From contig CBDAOB010000002.1 in the NCBI GenBank assembly GCA_965197905.1, forward strand, positions 64,001-128,000: 64,000 nt of DNA, read 5' to 3'. The notes beneath the pieces were generated by a model. That model was given only the letters and a program-made list of their open reading frames with translations, did no database searches and was not told the origin of the DNA. Below are positions 1-9,861 of the stretch, piece after piece. The first letter of the stretch is position 1. The number at the start of each line of letters is the position of its first letter. A program made the position numbers and the translations under genes. The DNA comes from Candidatus Latescibacterota bacterium. Its GTDB lineage: Bacteria; Latescibacterota; UBA2968; UBA8231.

Positions 1-666
1 CGGCATGAATGTCTGCTCTGAATCCTCCAGGGAGTAGTCGACGTAGTTTGCGACGTAGAGATCCAGATCCCCATCCAGGTCGTAATCCGCGAACGCGCAA
101 CCAGTTCCCCACCGTTGGTCGCCTACCTGCGCTTCTTCCGTAACATCGGAAAGTCCGTCACCTGCGGTGTTTTGATAGAGCACGTTCATGCCGTAGTTGG
201 TGACGTAGAGATCGTCGAAGCCGTCGCTGTTGAAATCACCGATGCAACAGCCCATGCCGTAGCCGACTCGCTCCGCCTCAATTCCGCCTCGATTCGAAAT
301 GTTTTCGAACGTGCCGTTGGCGAGATTCCTGTATAGCCCATCCTTTGGGGGTCGGTCGGAGGCCGTAGGAAGAGAATGACCATTGGCGGCGAAGATATCG
401 ATCTGACCGTCGCTGTCGAAATCCCAGAAAGCACAACCGGGTCCCATCGTTTCCACAAAGTATTTCTTCACATTCGCTTCATTGGCGCCGTTGGCGTGGC
501 GAAAATCAATGCCGGACGATCCGGTGACGTCCCGGAAGCGTATCGAGTCGGCGTGAAGTCCGAAAGCCGAGCACCACAACACGACGCAACACAGAATCCA
601 GCAAATTCGGGTGCGGGAACGTTCACCAGCGCGAGGCCCCACGATTCGCGCGCTGCGGGCGGGCAT
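1..666 (-). CDS. CRTAC1/ASPIC-UnbV family FG-GAP repeat protein, N-terminal part (runs off window edge)
   Basis: Not in the ORF track; my translation from ATG 666 gives a signal-peptide-like N-terminus, then IRFRDVTGSSGIDFRH...KYFVETMGPGCAFWDFDSDGQIDIF...GYGMGCCIGDFNSDGFDDLYVTNYG...WGTGCAFADYDLDGDLDLYVANY, open to position 1. Confidence 0.9.
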   Translation of the reverse strand, partial: MPARSARIVGPRAGERSRTRICWILCCVVLWCSAFGLHADSIRFRDVTGSSGIDFRHANGANEANVKKYFVETMGPGCAFWDFDSDGQIDIFAANGHSLPTASDRPPKDGLYRNLANGTFENISNRGGIEAERVGYGMGCCIGDFNSDGFDDLYVTNYGMNVLYQNTAGDGLSDVTEEAQVGDQRWGTGCAFADYDLDGDLDLYVANYVDYSLEDSEQTFMP

Positions 667-748
667 AGATTCAACTGCTGTCGACAGAGCCGCCGCAAAG
701 AAAGAAATCCGGGGCTCAAAGGCCTCGGCGACAGCCGAACCGAACCTG

Positions 749-3162
749 CTACCCACGGGAAAACTCGTAACTGGAACCGACGCTCGTATCGAAACAGACG
801 ATGCCGCCGGCTTCAACCGCGGTTCCGACGGGATCGCCGTCCTTGGTCACGAGCACCGCGCCACTCCACGGCGGGTGCAGGCGGCAGCGCTGCCCGGCTT
901 CGCTGGTCATCTTCAGGGACACAACCTGACCATCCCTGAATTCGGCGCTCACCAGGAACGCCCCTCGGCGCGGAAGCTCTCGAAGCGAGCATTGACCTCT
1001 TTGGGCCATTGCGAAAACAGCCGAATCGCGCCGTCCCAGCTCTGCAACATCATCTCCTGGAGCGGGGCGAACATGCTTTCCGACTCGCCGTAAAGGCCGG
1101 TATGACCGAGGCCCTGCTGTGACATGGCCGGCATCGAACCGTTCGACAGCCGCATCCGCTCTATGAGGTTTCGGTACCGCGGGTAGTCGCGCTCCGGCTC
1201 GAAAGCCCGGTTGCGCATGTGGATGAACATCTGCCAGGGAATCTGGGCGGAGCTGATGGAACCCCAGCGCCCTCCCCGCTTGTCCTGCAGACAACGGCAC
1301 TGGTCGCCCGGCCGGGGGAAGTCGTAGCCCACATCCCAGGCTTGGAACTCAGGGGGATTCAGGCGATAGCGCTCCTTCTCCTCGTCGGTCAACCCGATGT
1401 CGTCCAGATCGTCCACCACCACCAGATGATCGTGGACCTCCTCCCATTCCCGGCGCAGGTCCGCATCGAGGTTGAGCAGCTTGCTCGCCTCGATGGTGGT
1501 CATTAAACAAAAACGGGCATGGCGGATGCCCTGAGGTTGATCGGTGAATTTCTCGGTCGTGCCGTCGAACACCGCCTCTCCCTGCAGCGAAGGAAAAGCA
1601 TGATAACAGCCATCGTCCCATTTCTCCAGGAAATCGGCGTAGAATAAGGCGCAGTCGCGCATGACCGGGTAACCGTAACTGCGCAGCCAATCCAGATCCT
1701 GGTAATAGAGGTAACGATTCCAGTAGTGGTTGGAGATCCACCCGGTCATGTAGGTCATGCGGGCCAACGGGCCGGTGCCGTACGGGTCGCCGGCGACGGG
1801 AAACGGATACCCGGTGAGGTGGATGAATGTGCCGCGGCAGTTCCAGTATTTCGCCGCCAGCTCGCGGCCCAGATCCACCATGTGCCGCATGCCTGGGAAA
1901 AAGGCGTCTCCCAGATCGGCATGGTTGGCGGTATAATCGCCCCAGAACGGCTCCTGGTAGTTGTAGTTGGTGTGGATGTCTCCGTGCCACAGGGAGTAGT
2001 CGTGGATGGTGCTGGGCATGGCGAGGCCCGGCGCGATGACGTCGGCGCGGTAGGAGCAGCGGCGCAGATGCAGCTGTTCGTACCACATGTTCTCCATTAG
2101 CCGGTCATCCAGGGCGAGGCTCGATCGGCTCCAGAAGGCGCGTGCGCTGCGGCGATTGGCGTTGGCCCATTTGCGCATGGCTCGTCCGAAGTCGTCACCT
2201 ACCCCCTTCAGCACCCGGTCCAACTCACCTTCGACACCGCCCTTGTCCGAGCTGGTGGGAACCACAACCGCGGCTTCTCCTTCCATCAACTCGCCATCCG
2301 CGGGCAAGAGGTGGAGGGCTGCCCAGCCGCTGCCAAAGGTGTCGCACTCCTCAACGTTCAGACCCGAGGCGAACGGTGTCATGGCATAACGGAATCCGTC
2401 CTCGTATTCCAAATCCGGGTAGAAGGTCTGCTCCACTGACACGCGGCCACAGATCTCTTTCACGGTTGGGGTTGGCAACGGGGTCGATTTTCCCGCGTCC
2501 ACGCAGGCCGCGTAGTTGTGTGGATACTTCGCACGTATGTTCATCTTGGTGGCAAACTCGGCGATGGTGGGGTCGGGCCAGCGGTACAACGTGAACCAGA
2601 CAGGTGGGCGCCCGTCCGTGCAGGTTTCGTCGGTCCAGTTGACCAGCTTCCATCTGATCGCCAGGGCGTTCGGGGCCGGAGACACGAAGCAATTGAGATC
2701 GATGCCGGCGCCGGACTGCCAGCGTAGCCGGATGTCCACGACGCCTTTCTCGATGCTGAGCTTCTGCCGCATCTTCAAGCCGCGCTGATCCACCGGCAGG
2801 TGCAGGGCGAGCTCGCCCACTGGCTTGGGGCAGGGATACGGACGCCGGGCATAGGCTGGCCAGCCGTTGCAGAGCTCCTCCATCCTCTGCGGGTCGCTCA
2901 CTGTTCCCAGAGCTGACGCATCGGCATTCACGTAGCCGTGGGTCACCCACTTTTCGTCGCGAATGCCGCGGGCCAGCTCCTCGATGTGCGCCGGCTCCGG
3001 ACAGTCGCTGAGATCCAGCCGTCGATCCCACACATCATTCTTGCCAAAGCGCCATATCAGCAGGTCTTCCGTCTGGTAGATGCTGGCGGCGAGGTCCCCA
3101 TTGCCGAGCATGAGCCCGTTTTCCGGCTCGCCCACCCGTTCTTTGATTTCCACCGCGTGCAT
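749..3162 (-). CDS. GH95-like glycoside hydrolase (alpha-L-fucosidase/L-galactosidase-like), frameshifted near 3' end (~961)
   Basis: Motifs LGNGDL, KNDVWD, WHGDIHTNYNYQ, LQEMMLQSW. ATG 3162 has a GGAGGAGG RBS. The expected tail (AEGAFLVSAEFRDG...SYEFSRG, stop 749) is in another frame after a GGGG run. Confidence 0.8.
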
Positions 3163-3358
3163 TCTCCTCCTCCCAGTAGTTATCTCGGCCACAAGATTTG
3201 ACAAACCGCATGTAGTAATGGAAATCTAACAGTGAATCAGCATCTTGACGGGGCCTATGGCAAAATGGGATCGCACCGAGCCCGCCCCGCAGCAGGACAA
3301 ACGTGCTTGATGAAACACAAAACTATAGACAGATTCCACTCAACAAGGAGAATTCCTT

Positions 3359-3631
3359 ATGGATCTGCAGACAAAATACGATACCCTCGGCCGCATCTTG
3401 AAACACACCTGGGAGGATACCCTTCCCGACAAGGAGACGGCGGCGGCGATGGGAGAGTGTCTCGTCGATATAGGCGTCGACGAAAAACGCGTAAACTCGG
3501 TCGGCAACCAGCTAATGTGGTATCAGGCTCGAGTCGCCGAACTCACCGGCGAGCTGAAGCAATGCCTAGCAGGGAGCCCGAGCGACAACGCGCCGAAAGC
3601 GGTCGAGAAAGCGGAAGCGGGCGTACCGTGA
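3359..3631 (+). CDS. small hypothetical protein (90 aa)
   Basis: AAGGAG RBS upstream of ATG; stop overlaps the GTG start of the next gene (GTGA). Confidence 0.7.
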   Translation: MDLQTKYDTLGRILKHTWEDTLPDKETAAAMGECLVDIGVDEKRVNSVGNQLMWYQARVAELTGELKQCLAGSPSDNAPKAVEKAEAGVP

Positions 3632-4938
3632 TTGCTGGACGACAGCCACAACTCGTGAAACCGAAACTGTTCGAGACCCACGCCCATGCGCTCGAACATG
3701 CAGACGCGCCGGTCGTCAAACCGTGGCGCCACCTGGTCTTCGAGCCGGAATACGCGGCAAACTTCATGGTTGCGGGTGATGTTGACGGCGACGGAGAGGT
3801 CGAGATCGTAGGCGCGCGCAATGCCGCCTCGAGCGACGGCCATTACGTCACCTCGGTCAGTGCCCACAAGCTGGACGGCAGCCGGCTCTGGACGTGGGGA
3901 CCGGTGGGCGCCGGCAGCTACTACCTGGGGTACGACGTCGCCTGCCAGCTGCACGACTGGGATGGAGACGGTCGGCTCGAAGTCGTCTTCTGTACCAAAG
4001 ACCATTTGGTGGAGGTGGATGGCGCCACCGGCGAAGAGCGCCGGCGTTTTCCGATTCCAAAGGATGCCTTCGACGTGGTGCTGTTTGTCAATCTCAGCGG
4101 CAGCGAGTACGCCCAGGAGGTGGTGGTCAAGACGCGGTATAGGGAGATCTGGGCTTTCGATCGGGACGGCCACGAGCTCTGGTATATCAAGGACCCCTGC
4201 AACCATCGCACCGCGCACCAGCCGTTTCCCATCGATATCGACAACGACGGACGGGAGGAGCTGGTCGTCGGATATGCTATGCTGAATCCGGACGGCAAGG
4301 TGCGCTGGCAGATGCGGGGCCTGGGTTTGGAACACTTGACCCATGACGGCGGCCACCTGGACTGCGCCCGCGTTTTGCGTCGCGGGGACACGCCGGCGGA
4401 CACCTACATAGCGGTAACCGGTTGTGGCCATGACTTCATGGCCGCCGTGGATGGGGAAGGGAATGCGGTGTGGAATCTGGATCGCCCCCATTTCGAATCG
4501 ATCGACGTCGGCAGGATCTGTCCCGACGAAGGTGGGGTGCAGATCGTCGTAGATCTCTCCAAGACGCAGCACGGTGACGAGCCGATCTGGATCGTACACG
4601 AAAATGGCGAGCTGCTGGGTCAGATCATGACCTACGGCTGCCGCTTCCACTTCCCGATCGACTGGCACGGCAACGGCGTAGAATCGATCGTGATCGGCCA
4701 CATCGGCGCGATCTTCGACGGCGCCGGCAAGAAAGTCGCCCACTTGGAAACACCGGCGTCGTGGTCCGGGGACAAGGCGATCTGCCACTGCGGCGACATG
4801 GACGGAGACGGGATTCCGGACGTGGTACTGGGCAGCCCGGATGGATCCGAGCTCTGCATCTATCGGAACGAGAACGGCGGTCCGGGCAGCCAGCCGCCGG
4901 TACGTCATTTCACCCACGTCAACTACACGATGTATTGA
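3628..4938 (+). CDS. FG-GAP/VCBS beta-propeller protein, rhamnogalacturonan lyase (PL11)-like
   Basis: Repeated GDVDGDGEVE, HDWDGDGRLE, DIDNDGREE, GDMDGDGIPD motifs and GGHLD. GTG 3628 is coupled to the upstream stop; the ORF-track extension to 3232 is probably spurious. Confidence 0.7.
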   Translation: MIAGRQPQLVKPKLFETHAHALEHADAPVVKPWRHLVFEPEYAANFMVAGDVDGDGEVEIVGARNAASSDGHYVTSVSAHKLDGSRLWTWGPVGAGSYYLGYDVACQLHDWDGDGRLEVVFCTKDHLVEVDGATGEERRRFPIPKDAFDVVLFVNLSGSEYAQEVVVKTRYREIWAFDRDGHELWYIKDPCNHRTAHQPFPIDIDNDGREELVVGYAMLNPDGKVRWQMRGLGLEHLTHDGGHLDCARVLRRGDTPADTYIAVTGCGHDFMAAVDGEGNAVWNLDRPHFESIDVGRICPDEGGVQIVVDLSKTQHGDEPIWIVHENGELLGQIMTYGCRFHFPIDWHGNGVESIVIGHIGAIFDGAGKKVAHLETPASWSGDKAICHCGDMDGDGIPDVVLGSPDGSELCIYRNENGGPGSQPPVRHFTHVNYTMY

Positions 4939-4950
4939 ATCGAGGAGCTC

Positions 4951-5796
4951 ATGCAGATTTCCATCGCGACGGATTTTGGTGGCAGCGGCATCGGTGATCC
5001 CTCGCCGCAACTGCGGCAGGTTGCGGATGCCGGGTTTTCGCATGTGCACTGGTGCCAGGAGTATTACACCGACTACTTCTACACCCAGGAGGATATCGCC
5101 CAGATACGTGGCTGGTTCGACGAATTCGGCTTGCGCATGTTCGACCTCCACGGGACGGGTACCGCGGATTACGACTGGACCTCAATCGACGAGAACAAAC
5201 GGCAGGCCGGGGTCGAGCTGCTCAAGAACCGGCTGGATTTCGTTGCCCAACTGGGTGACCCCGGCGGCTCGGTGGTGATGCACCTGGGCATGGCGGGTGT
5301 GGGCGGCACTTCTCTAAGGCAACCGGGGGCGACCCAGGTGCGCAGATCGATCGATGATATCGAGGAGTTCTGCCTGGAGCGGAACGTCTTCCTGGCCCTG
5401 GAGAATTCCAAGAACTTCGCCATTCTGAGACAGTTCCTTGCCTCCTACGGCCCTGAATATGTCGGTCTCTGTTTCGACTCGGGACACAGCAATCTGCCGG
5501 CGCAGAACGGCCTGGACCACCTGGAGGACCTGAAGGATCGCCTGATCGCCGTACATCTGCACGACAACAACTCCAAAGGTGACTTCCACCAGCCCCTCTT
5601 CTTGGGCACCGTCGACTGGGAACGGCTGGCCGGTCTGCTGGCGCGCTCATCCTACTCGAAATGCCTCACACACGAGGTGTCGATGGAGTTCTCCGGCACC
5701 GACGACGTGCCCACTTTTCTCCGCATCGTCCAGGACGGCGGCGTTCGATTCGAGGACATGATTGCCAAACATCGTGCCTCCGCCAGCAGTAATTGA
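4951..5796 (+). CDS. sugar phosphate isomerase/epimerase (xylose isomerase-like/AP endonuclease 2 TIM barrel)
   Basis: LALEN, CFDSGH, VHLHDN, HQP...GTVDW metal-binding motifs; GAGGAG RBS. Confidence 0.88.
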   Translation: MQISIATDFGGSGIGDPSPQLRQVADAGFSHVHWCQEYYTDYFYTQEDIAQIRGWFDEFGLRMFDLHGTGTADYDWTSIDENKRQAGVELLKNRLDFVAQLGDPGGSVVMHLGMAGVGGTSLRQPGATQVRRSIDDIEEFCLERNVFLALENSKNFAILRQFLASYGPEYVGLCFDSGHSNLPAQNGLDHLEDLKDRLIAVHLHDNNSKGDFHQPLFLGTVDWERLAGLLARSSYSKCLTHEVSMEFSGTDDVPTFLRIVQDGGVRFEDMIAKHRASASSN

Positions 5797-7745
5797 GCAC
5801 TGACCCCGCACAAAACAACGAGTTCCGCATAACGATCAGGTCCATTCTGCTGGGCTTGATAACCGTGGCTTCCGTTTCCCACCTCGCCGTTCGCAGCTCC
5901 GACGGCATGGTGGGCGGATTCGTGCGCTCCCAGTTCCCCATGACCGTGCTCATGCCGTTCGTGCTCTGGCTGCTGGTCAACACGGTGTTGAAGCTCGTGT
6001 GGCCGAGGGTAAGCCTGCGCCAGGGTGAGCTCTTGACCATCCTGTGTATGACCTGGGTGGTGGGCACCATCCCCAACCAGGGATGGATGAATTACGCCGT
6101 TCCGATGCTGGCGGCGCCGACCTACTACGCCACCAACGTGAACCTGTGGGCCGACAGCTTCTTTGGCTACCTACCGTGGCACGTCTTCGCCAAAACCTCG
6201 GAGGATGTCATCGACATCTTCTGGTTGGGAGCGGGCAAGGAAGCCCAGGTTCCGTGGGAAGGTTGGATGCTTCCGGCGGCCCACTGGCTGGGGGCATCGA
6301 TGGCAATGGTGATCCTTGGTTTCTGTCTGTTCGCGTTGTTCCAGCGCCAGTGGGTGGAGGCCGAGCGTCTCACCTTTCCCCTGGCCCAGATGCCGCTGGA
6401 TCTCACCCGTGGGTTCGACGGCACTCGACGCCTGCCGGATCTCTTTCGTTCGGGTCTGTTCTGGATCGGATTCGGGGTGGTTTTTCTACCCCTTTCCTAC
6501 AACATCGCTTCCTACTTTTCCCCTGGATTCCAGCCGCTTCAGTTCTTCATCGGCTACCTCCAGTTAGGGCCGGGGGACCCGTTCCCCGCGATCGTCATTC
6601 GCTTGATGCCCCTGGTGTTGGCGGTGGTCTATCTGTGCCCGCTGGACATCCTGGGAAGCCTGCTGTTTTTCTACCTGCTGGCCTACTTCAAGGAAGCGCT
6701 CATGGTACGCACCGGCTTTTCCGTGGGCACTTCGGGTCAGGAGATCGGAGATGTGGAAATCCTGCATCTGGAAAGCTACGGGGCGTTGATCTTCATCGCT
6801 TTCTGGTCCATCTGGCTTGCTCGCAACCATCTGCGCTCCGTCTGGCGGCTGGTGTCTAGCGGAGACGGAAACCCCGGTGAGGTGTCTCAGTATCGAACGC
6901 TCGTTGTTGGGCTCCTGTTGTCTGCGGGATGCCTGGTGGGTTGGGTCATGGGGTTGGGTGCCAGCCTGGGAACCGCCGTCGGCCTGCTGCTGCTGATGGT
7001 CCTCGGGTATTTGGCCATCGTCAAGATGATCGCCGCCACCGGGATGGCCTACCTTTACATGCCGATCGCGCATTTGAAGGGGCACAACGTGATTACCGAT
7101 CTTCTGGGGAGCACCCGCTTGAGCGGCCACAGCATGGTGGCGATGAAGGTGTTTACCAGCCGCATCTTCTTCGGCAATATTCGCATCCCGGCCTGGCCCT
7201 CGCTGCCTCACTTTCTCCGCCTCTTTCCACACCCGCGGCAATTGAAATGGATCGCCGTTGCCGTTTTGCTCGCTTTTCCCGCAGGGTTTCTGGTCGCCGG
7301 CTGGGACACGGTGAGTGTCGCCTACGAAATAGGCGGTCAACAGGTCGTGCCTGTCTCCTACGTCGAGCGGTTCTACGACAACATAGGCCGGCTGGTATAC
7401 ACCCCGACCGAGTCGGACCTGGGTAAGTGGGCCGTGTGGCTATTCGGTTTCGGCGAGGCAGCAGTGATCGCGCTGATGCGGACCCGCTACCACTGGTTCC
7501 CCTTGCATCCGGTAGGCATCGCGTTTCAGCGCGAACGGGCTACCTGGATGTACTGGTTCTCCCTGGCTATGGTATTCGCGGTGAAATGGTGCCTGCTGAA
7601 ATACGGCGGCCAGCGGGCGTATCGCCGCGGCAAGCTGTTCTTCTATGGCCTGGGCGTGGGATATGTGAGTGGCGTGATGCTGTCGATGGCAGTGGACTTC
7701 ATCTGGTTTCCCGGCCAACGGCTGCACACCGTGCACAACTGGTAG
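5793..7745 (+). CDS. DUF6785/DUF6784-type polytopic membrane protein, copy 1
   Basis: 650 aa, many TM segments; QWVEAERLTFPLAQMP and WFPLHPVG motifs; TTG start overlaps upstream stop. Confidence 0.8.
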   Translation: MSTDPAQNNEFRITIRSILLGLITVASVSHLAVRSSDGMVGGFVRSQFPMTVLMPFVLWLLVNTVLKLVWPRVSLRQGELLTILCMTWVVGTIPNQGWMNYAVPMLAAPTYYATNVNLWADSFFGYLPWHVFAKTSEDVIDIFWLGAGKEAQVPWEGWMLPAAHWLGASMAMVILGFCLFALFQRQWVEAERLTFPLAQMPLDLTRGFDGTRRLPDLFRSGLFWIGFGVVFLPLSYNIASYFSPGFQPLQFFIGYLQLGPGDPFPAIVIRLMPLVLAVVYLCPLDILGSLLFFYLLAYFKEALMVRTGFSVGTSGQEIGDVEILHLESYGALIFIAFWSIWLARNHLRSVWRLVSSGDGNPGEVSQYRTLVVGLLLSAGCLVGWVMGLGASLGTAVGLLLLMVLGYLAIVKMIAATGMAYLYMPIAHLKGHNVITDLLGSTRLSGHSMVAMKVFTSRIFFGNIRIPAWPSLPHFLRLFPHPRQLKWIAVAVLLAFPAGFLVAGWDTVSVAYEIGGQQVVPVSYVERFYDNIGRLVYTPTESDLGKWAVWLFGFGEAAVIALMRTRYHWFPLHPVGIAFQRERATWMYWFSLAMVFAVKWCLLKYGGQRAYRRGKLFFYGLGVGYVSGVMLSMAVDFIWFPGQRLHTVHNW

Positions 7746-7830
7746 TACGGCGGCGGCTTGTTGCCATTCCCATCGCTCGGTTCGCTGCGGCCCCGCTAGC
7801 GCCAGGACGCACTGACAGGCAGACAATTCC

Positions 7831-9783
7831 TTGAGCGTCACACCTCCACAAGACAACGAATTACGCATCACGGTGCGGTCCGTGGTCCTGGGTGTGATCA
7901 CGGCGGCGGTAGTCACCCACGTCGCCATACTCAGCTCCGATGGTTTCGTCGGCGGGTTCGTGCGTTCCCAGTTCCCCATGACCGTGCTCATGCCGTTTGT
8001 GCTGTGGCTGCTGGTGAATACGGCACTGAAGGTAGTGTGGCCGCAGGTCAGCCTGCGGCAGGGCGAGCTCCTGACCATCCTGTGTATGACCTGGGTAGTG
8101 GGCACCATACCCAACCAGGGGTGGATGAACTACGCTGTTCCGCTGCTGGCGGCGCCGATCTTCTACGCCACCAAGGTGAACCTGTGGGCAGATAGCTTCT
8201 TCGACTACCTGCCATGGCATGTCTTCGCCAAACCCTCGGCCGATGTCATCGACCTCTTCTGGCTCGGGGGCGGGAAAGAGGTCCAGATCCCCTGGGAGGG
8301 ATGGCTGCTTCCAGCGGCTCACTGGTTAGGGGCATCGATGGCGATGGTGATCTTCGGCATCTGCCTTTTCGCCCTCTTCCACCGTCAGTGGGCCAACGCC
8401 GAACGACTCACCTTTCCCCTGGCTCAGATGCCGTTGGATCTCACCCGTGGGTTCGACGGTACGCGACGACTCCCGGACCTGTTTCGCTCCGGCCTGTTCT
8501 GGATCGGTTTCGGCGTGGTTTTTCTTTCTATGTGTTACAACGTCGTCACCTATTTCCACCCCGGATTCATCCCCATCGGGCTGTTCATCAACTACTACCC
8601 GGTAGTGCTGGCCGAACCATTCCCGCTGATCATCTTTCGGGTGATGCCTCTGGTACTTGCGGTGGTCTACCTGTGCCCGCTCGATATCCTGGGCAGCCTG
8701 TTGTTTTTCTATCTGCTGGCGGTCATCAAACAGGCGGCGATGACCCGCACCGCATTTTCGGCGGGCGCTTCCGGCCACGAGATCACCGGTGATGAACTTC
8801 TGCATCTGGAGAGCTACGGAGCGCTGATCTTCATCGCGATCTGGTCCCTCTGGCTCGCTCGCCGCCACCTGCGCTTCGTCTGGAGGCTGGTCCGCACCGG
8901 AGACGGCAGACCCGAAGAAGTTTCCCAGTACCGCGTGCTCTTTTTCGGACTCCTGCTTTCAGGGGCTTGCCTGGTTGGGTGGGTGATTGGACTCGGAGCC
9001 AGCCTGGCGACCGCTGTTGGCATTTTTGTCCTGATGGTCCTGGGCTATCTGACCACGGTCAAGATGATAGCCGCCACTGGGCTGGCCTATCTCTATGTTC
9101 CCATCGCCCACATGAAGGGGTCCAGTTTCATTACCGATCTGCTGGGTACCACAAGGTTGTCGGGGCAGAGCATGGTGGCGATGAGGGTGTTCACCAGCCG
9201 CATCTTCTTCGGCAACATCCGCATACCTGCGTGGCCGGCTCTGCCCCACTTTCTGCGTCTGTTTCCGCAGGCGCGGCAGCTGCGATGGGTCGCCGTGGCC
9301 GTTCTGCTGGCCTTTCCAACCGGGTTTCTGGTTGCTGGGTGGGACACGATCAGTTTCTCATACGCGGTCGGCGGTCAACAGGTCATGGCCGTTTCCGAGA
9401 TCGAACGGTTATACGACGACGTCGCTCGCCTGGTCTACAATCCTTCGGAGCTGGATCCGGGCAAGTGGGCGGTCTGGCTGTTCGGCTTCGGCGAAGCAGC
9501 CATCATATCGCTGTTGCGGATCCGCTATCACTGGTTCCCTCTGCATCCGGTAGGCGTCGCTTTCCAGCGCGAGCGGGCGACCTGGCTCTACTGGTCGTCG
9601 CTGGCGGTGGTATTCGTGGTGAAGTGGTGTCTGTTGAAATACGGCGGGCAGAAGGCGTACCGCAGCGGCAAGCTCTTCTTCTACGGATTGGGCATGGGAT
9701 ACGTGAGCGGTGTGCTGCTATCGATGTTCGTGGACTTCATCTGGTTTCCTGGCCAGAGGTTACACACCGTCCACAACTGGTAG
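7831..9783 (+). CDS. DUF6785/DUF6784-type polytopic membrane protein, copy 2 (tandem paralog)
   Basis: 650 aa, colinear with copy 1; identical C-terminus VDFIWFPGQRLHTVHNW. Confidence 0.8.
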   Translation: MSVTPPQDNELRITVRSVVLGVITAAVVTHVAILSSDGFVGGFVRSQFPMTVLMPFVLWLLVNTALKVVWPQVSLRQGELLTILCMTWVVGTIPNQGWMNYAVPLLAAPIFYATKVNLWADSFFDYLPWHVFAKPSADVIDLFWLGGGKEVQIPWEGWLLPAAHWLGASMAMVIFGICLFALFHRQWANAERLTFPLAQMPLDLTRGFDGTRRLPDLFRSGLFWIGFGVVFLSMCYNVVTYFHPGFIPIGLFINYYPVVLAEPFPLIIFRVMPLVLAVVYLCPLDILGSLLFFYLLAVIKQAAMTRTAFSAGASGHEITGDELLHLESYGALIFIAIWSLWLARRHLRFVWRLVRTGDGRPEEVSQYRVLFFGLLLSGACLVGWVIGLGASLATAVGIFVLMVLGYLTTVKMIAATGLAYLYVPIAHMKGSSFITDLLGTTRLSGQSMVAMRVFTSRIFFGNIRIPAWPALPHFLRLFPQARQLRWVAVAVLLAFPTGFLVAGWDTISFSYAVGGQQVMAVSEIERLYDDVARLVYNPSELDPGKWAVWLFGFGEAAIISLLRIRYHWFPLHPVGVAFQRERATWLYWSSLAVVFVVKWCLLKYGGQKAYRSGKLFFYGLGMGYVSGVLLSMFVDFIWFPGQRLHTVHNW

Positions 9784-9861
9784 AGAGCTTCGGTGACACG
9801 TCGACAGTTGGCCCGCCTGGGGGCGAATTGGCCCTTGGGGACCTGCTGTTCGGTTGGCAGA

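Noticed and set aside
949..975. Programmed ribosomal frameshift in the GH95-like gene
   Set aside because: No slippery heptamer; a single missing G in a G-run explains it
3523..5151. Long antisense and alternate-frame ORFs (e.g. 3523-5151, 19687-21027, 18190-19275, 23987-25012, 37818-38966)
   Set aside because: Shadows of well-supported genes on the opposite strand; expected in high-GC DNA; no recognisable motifs
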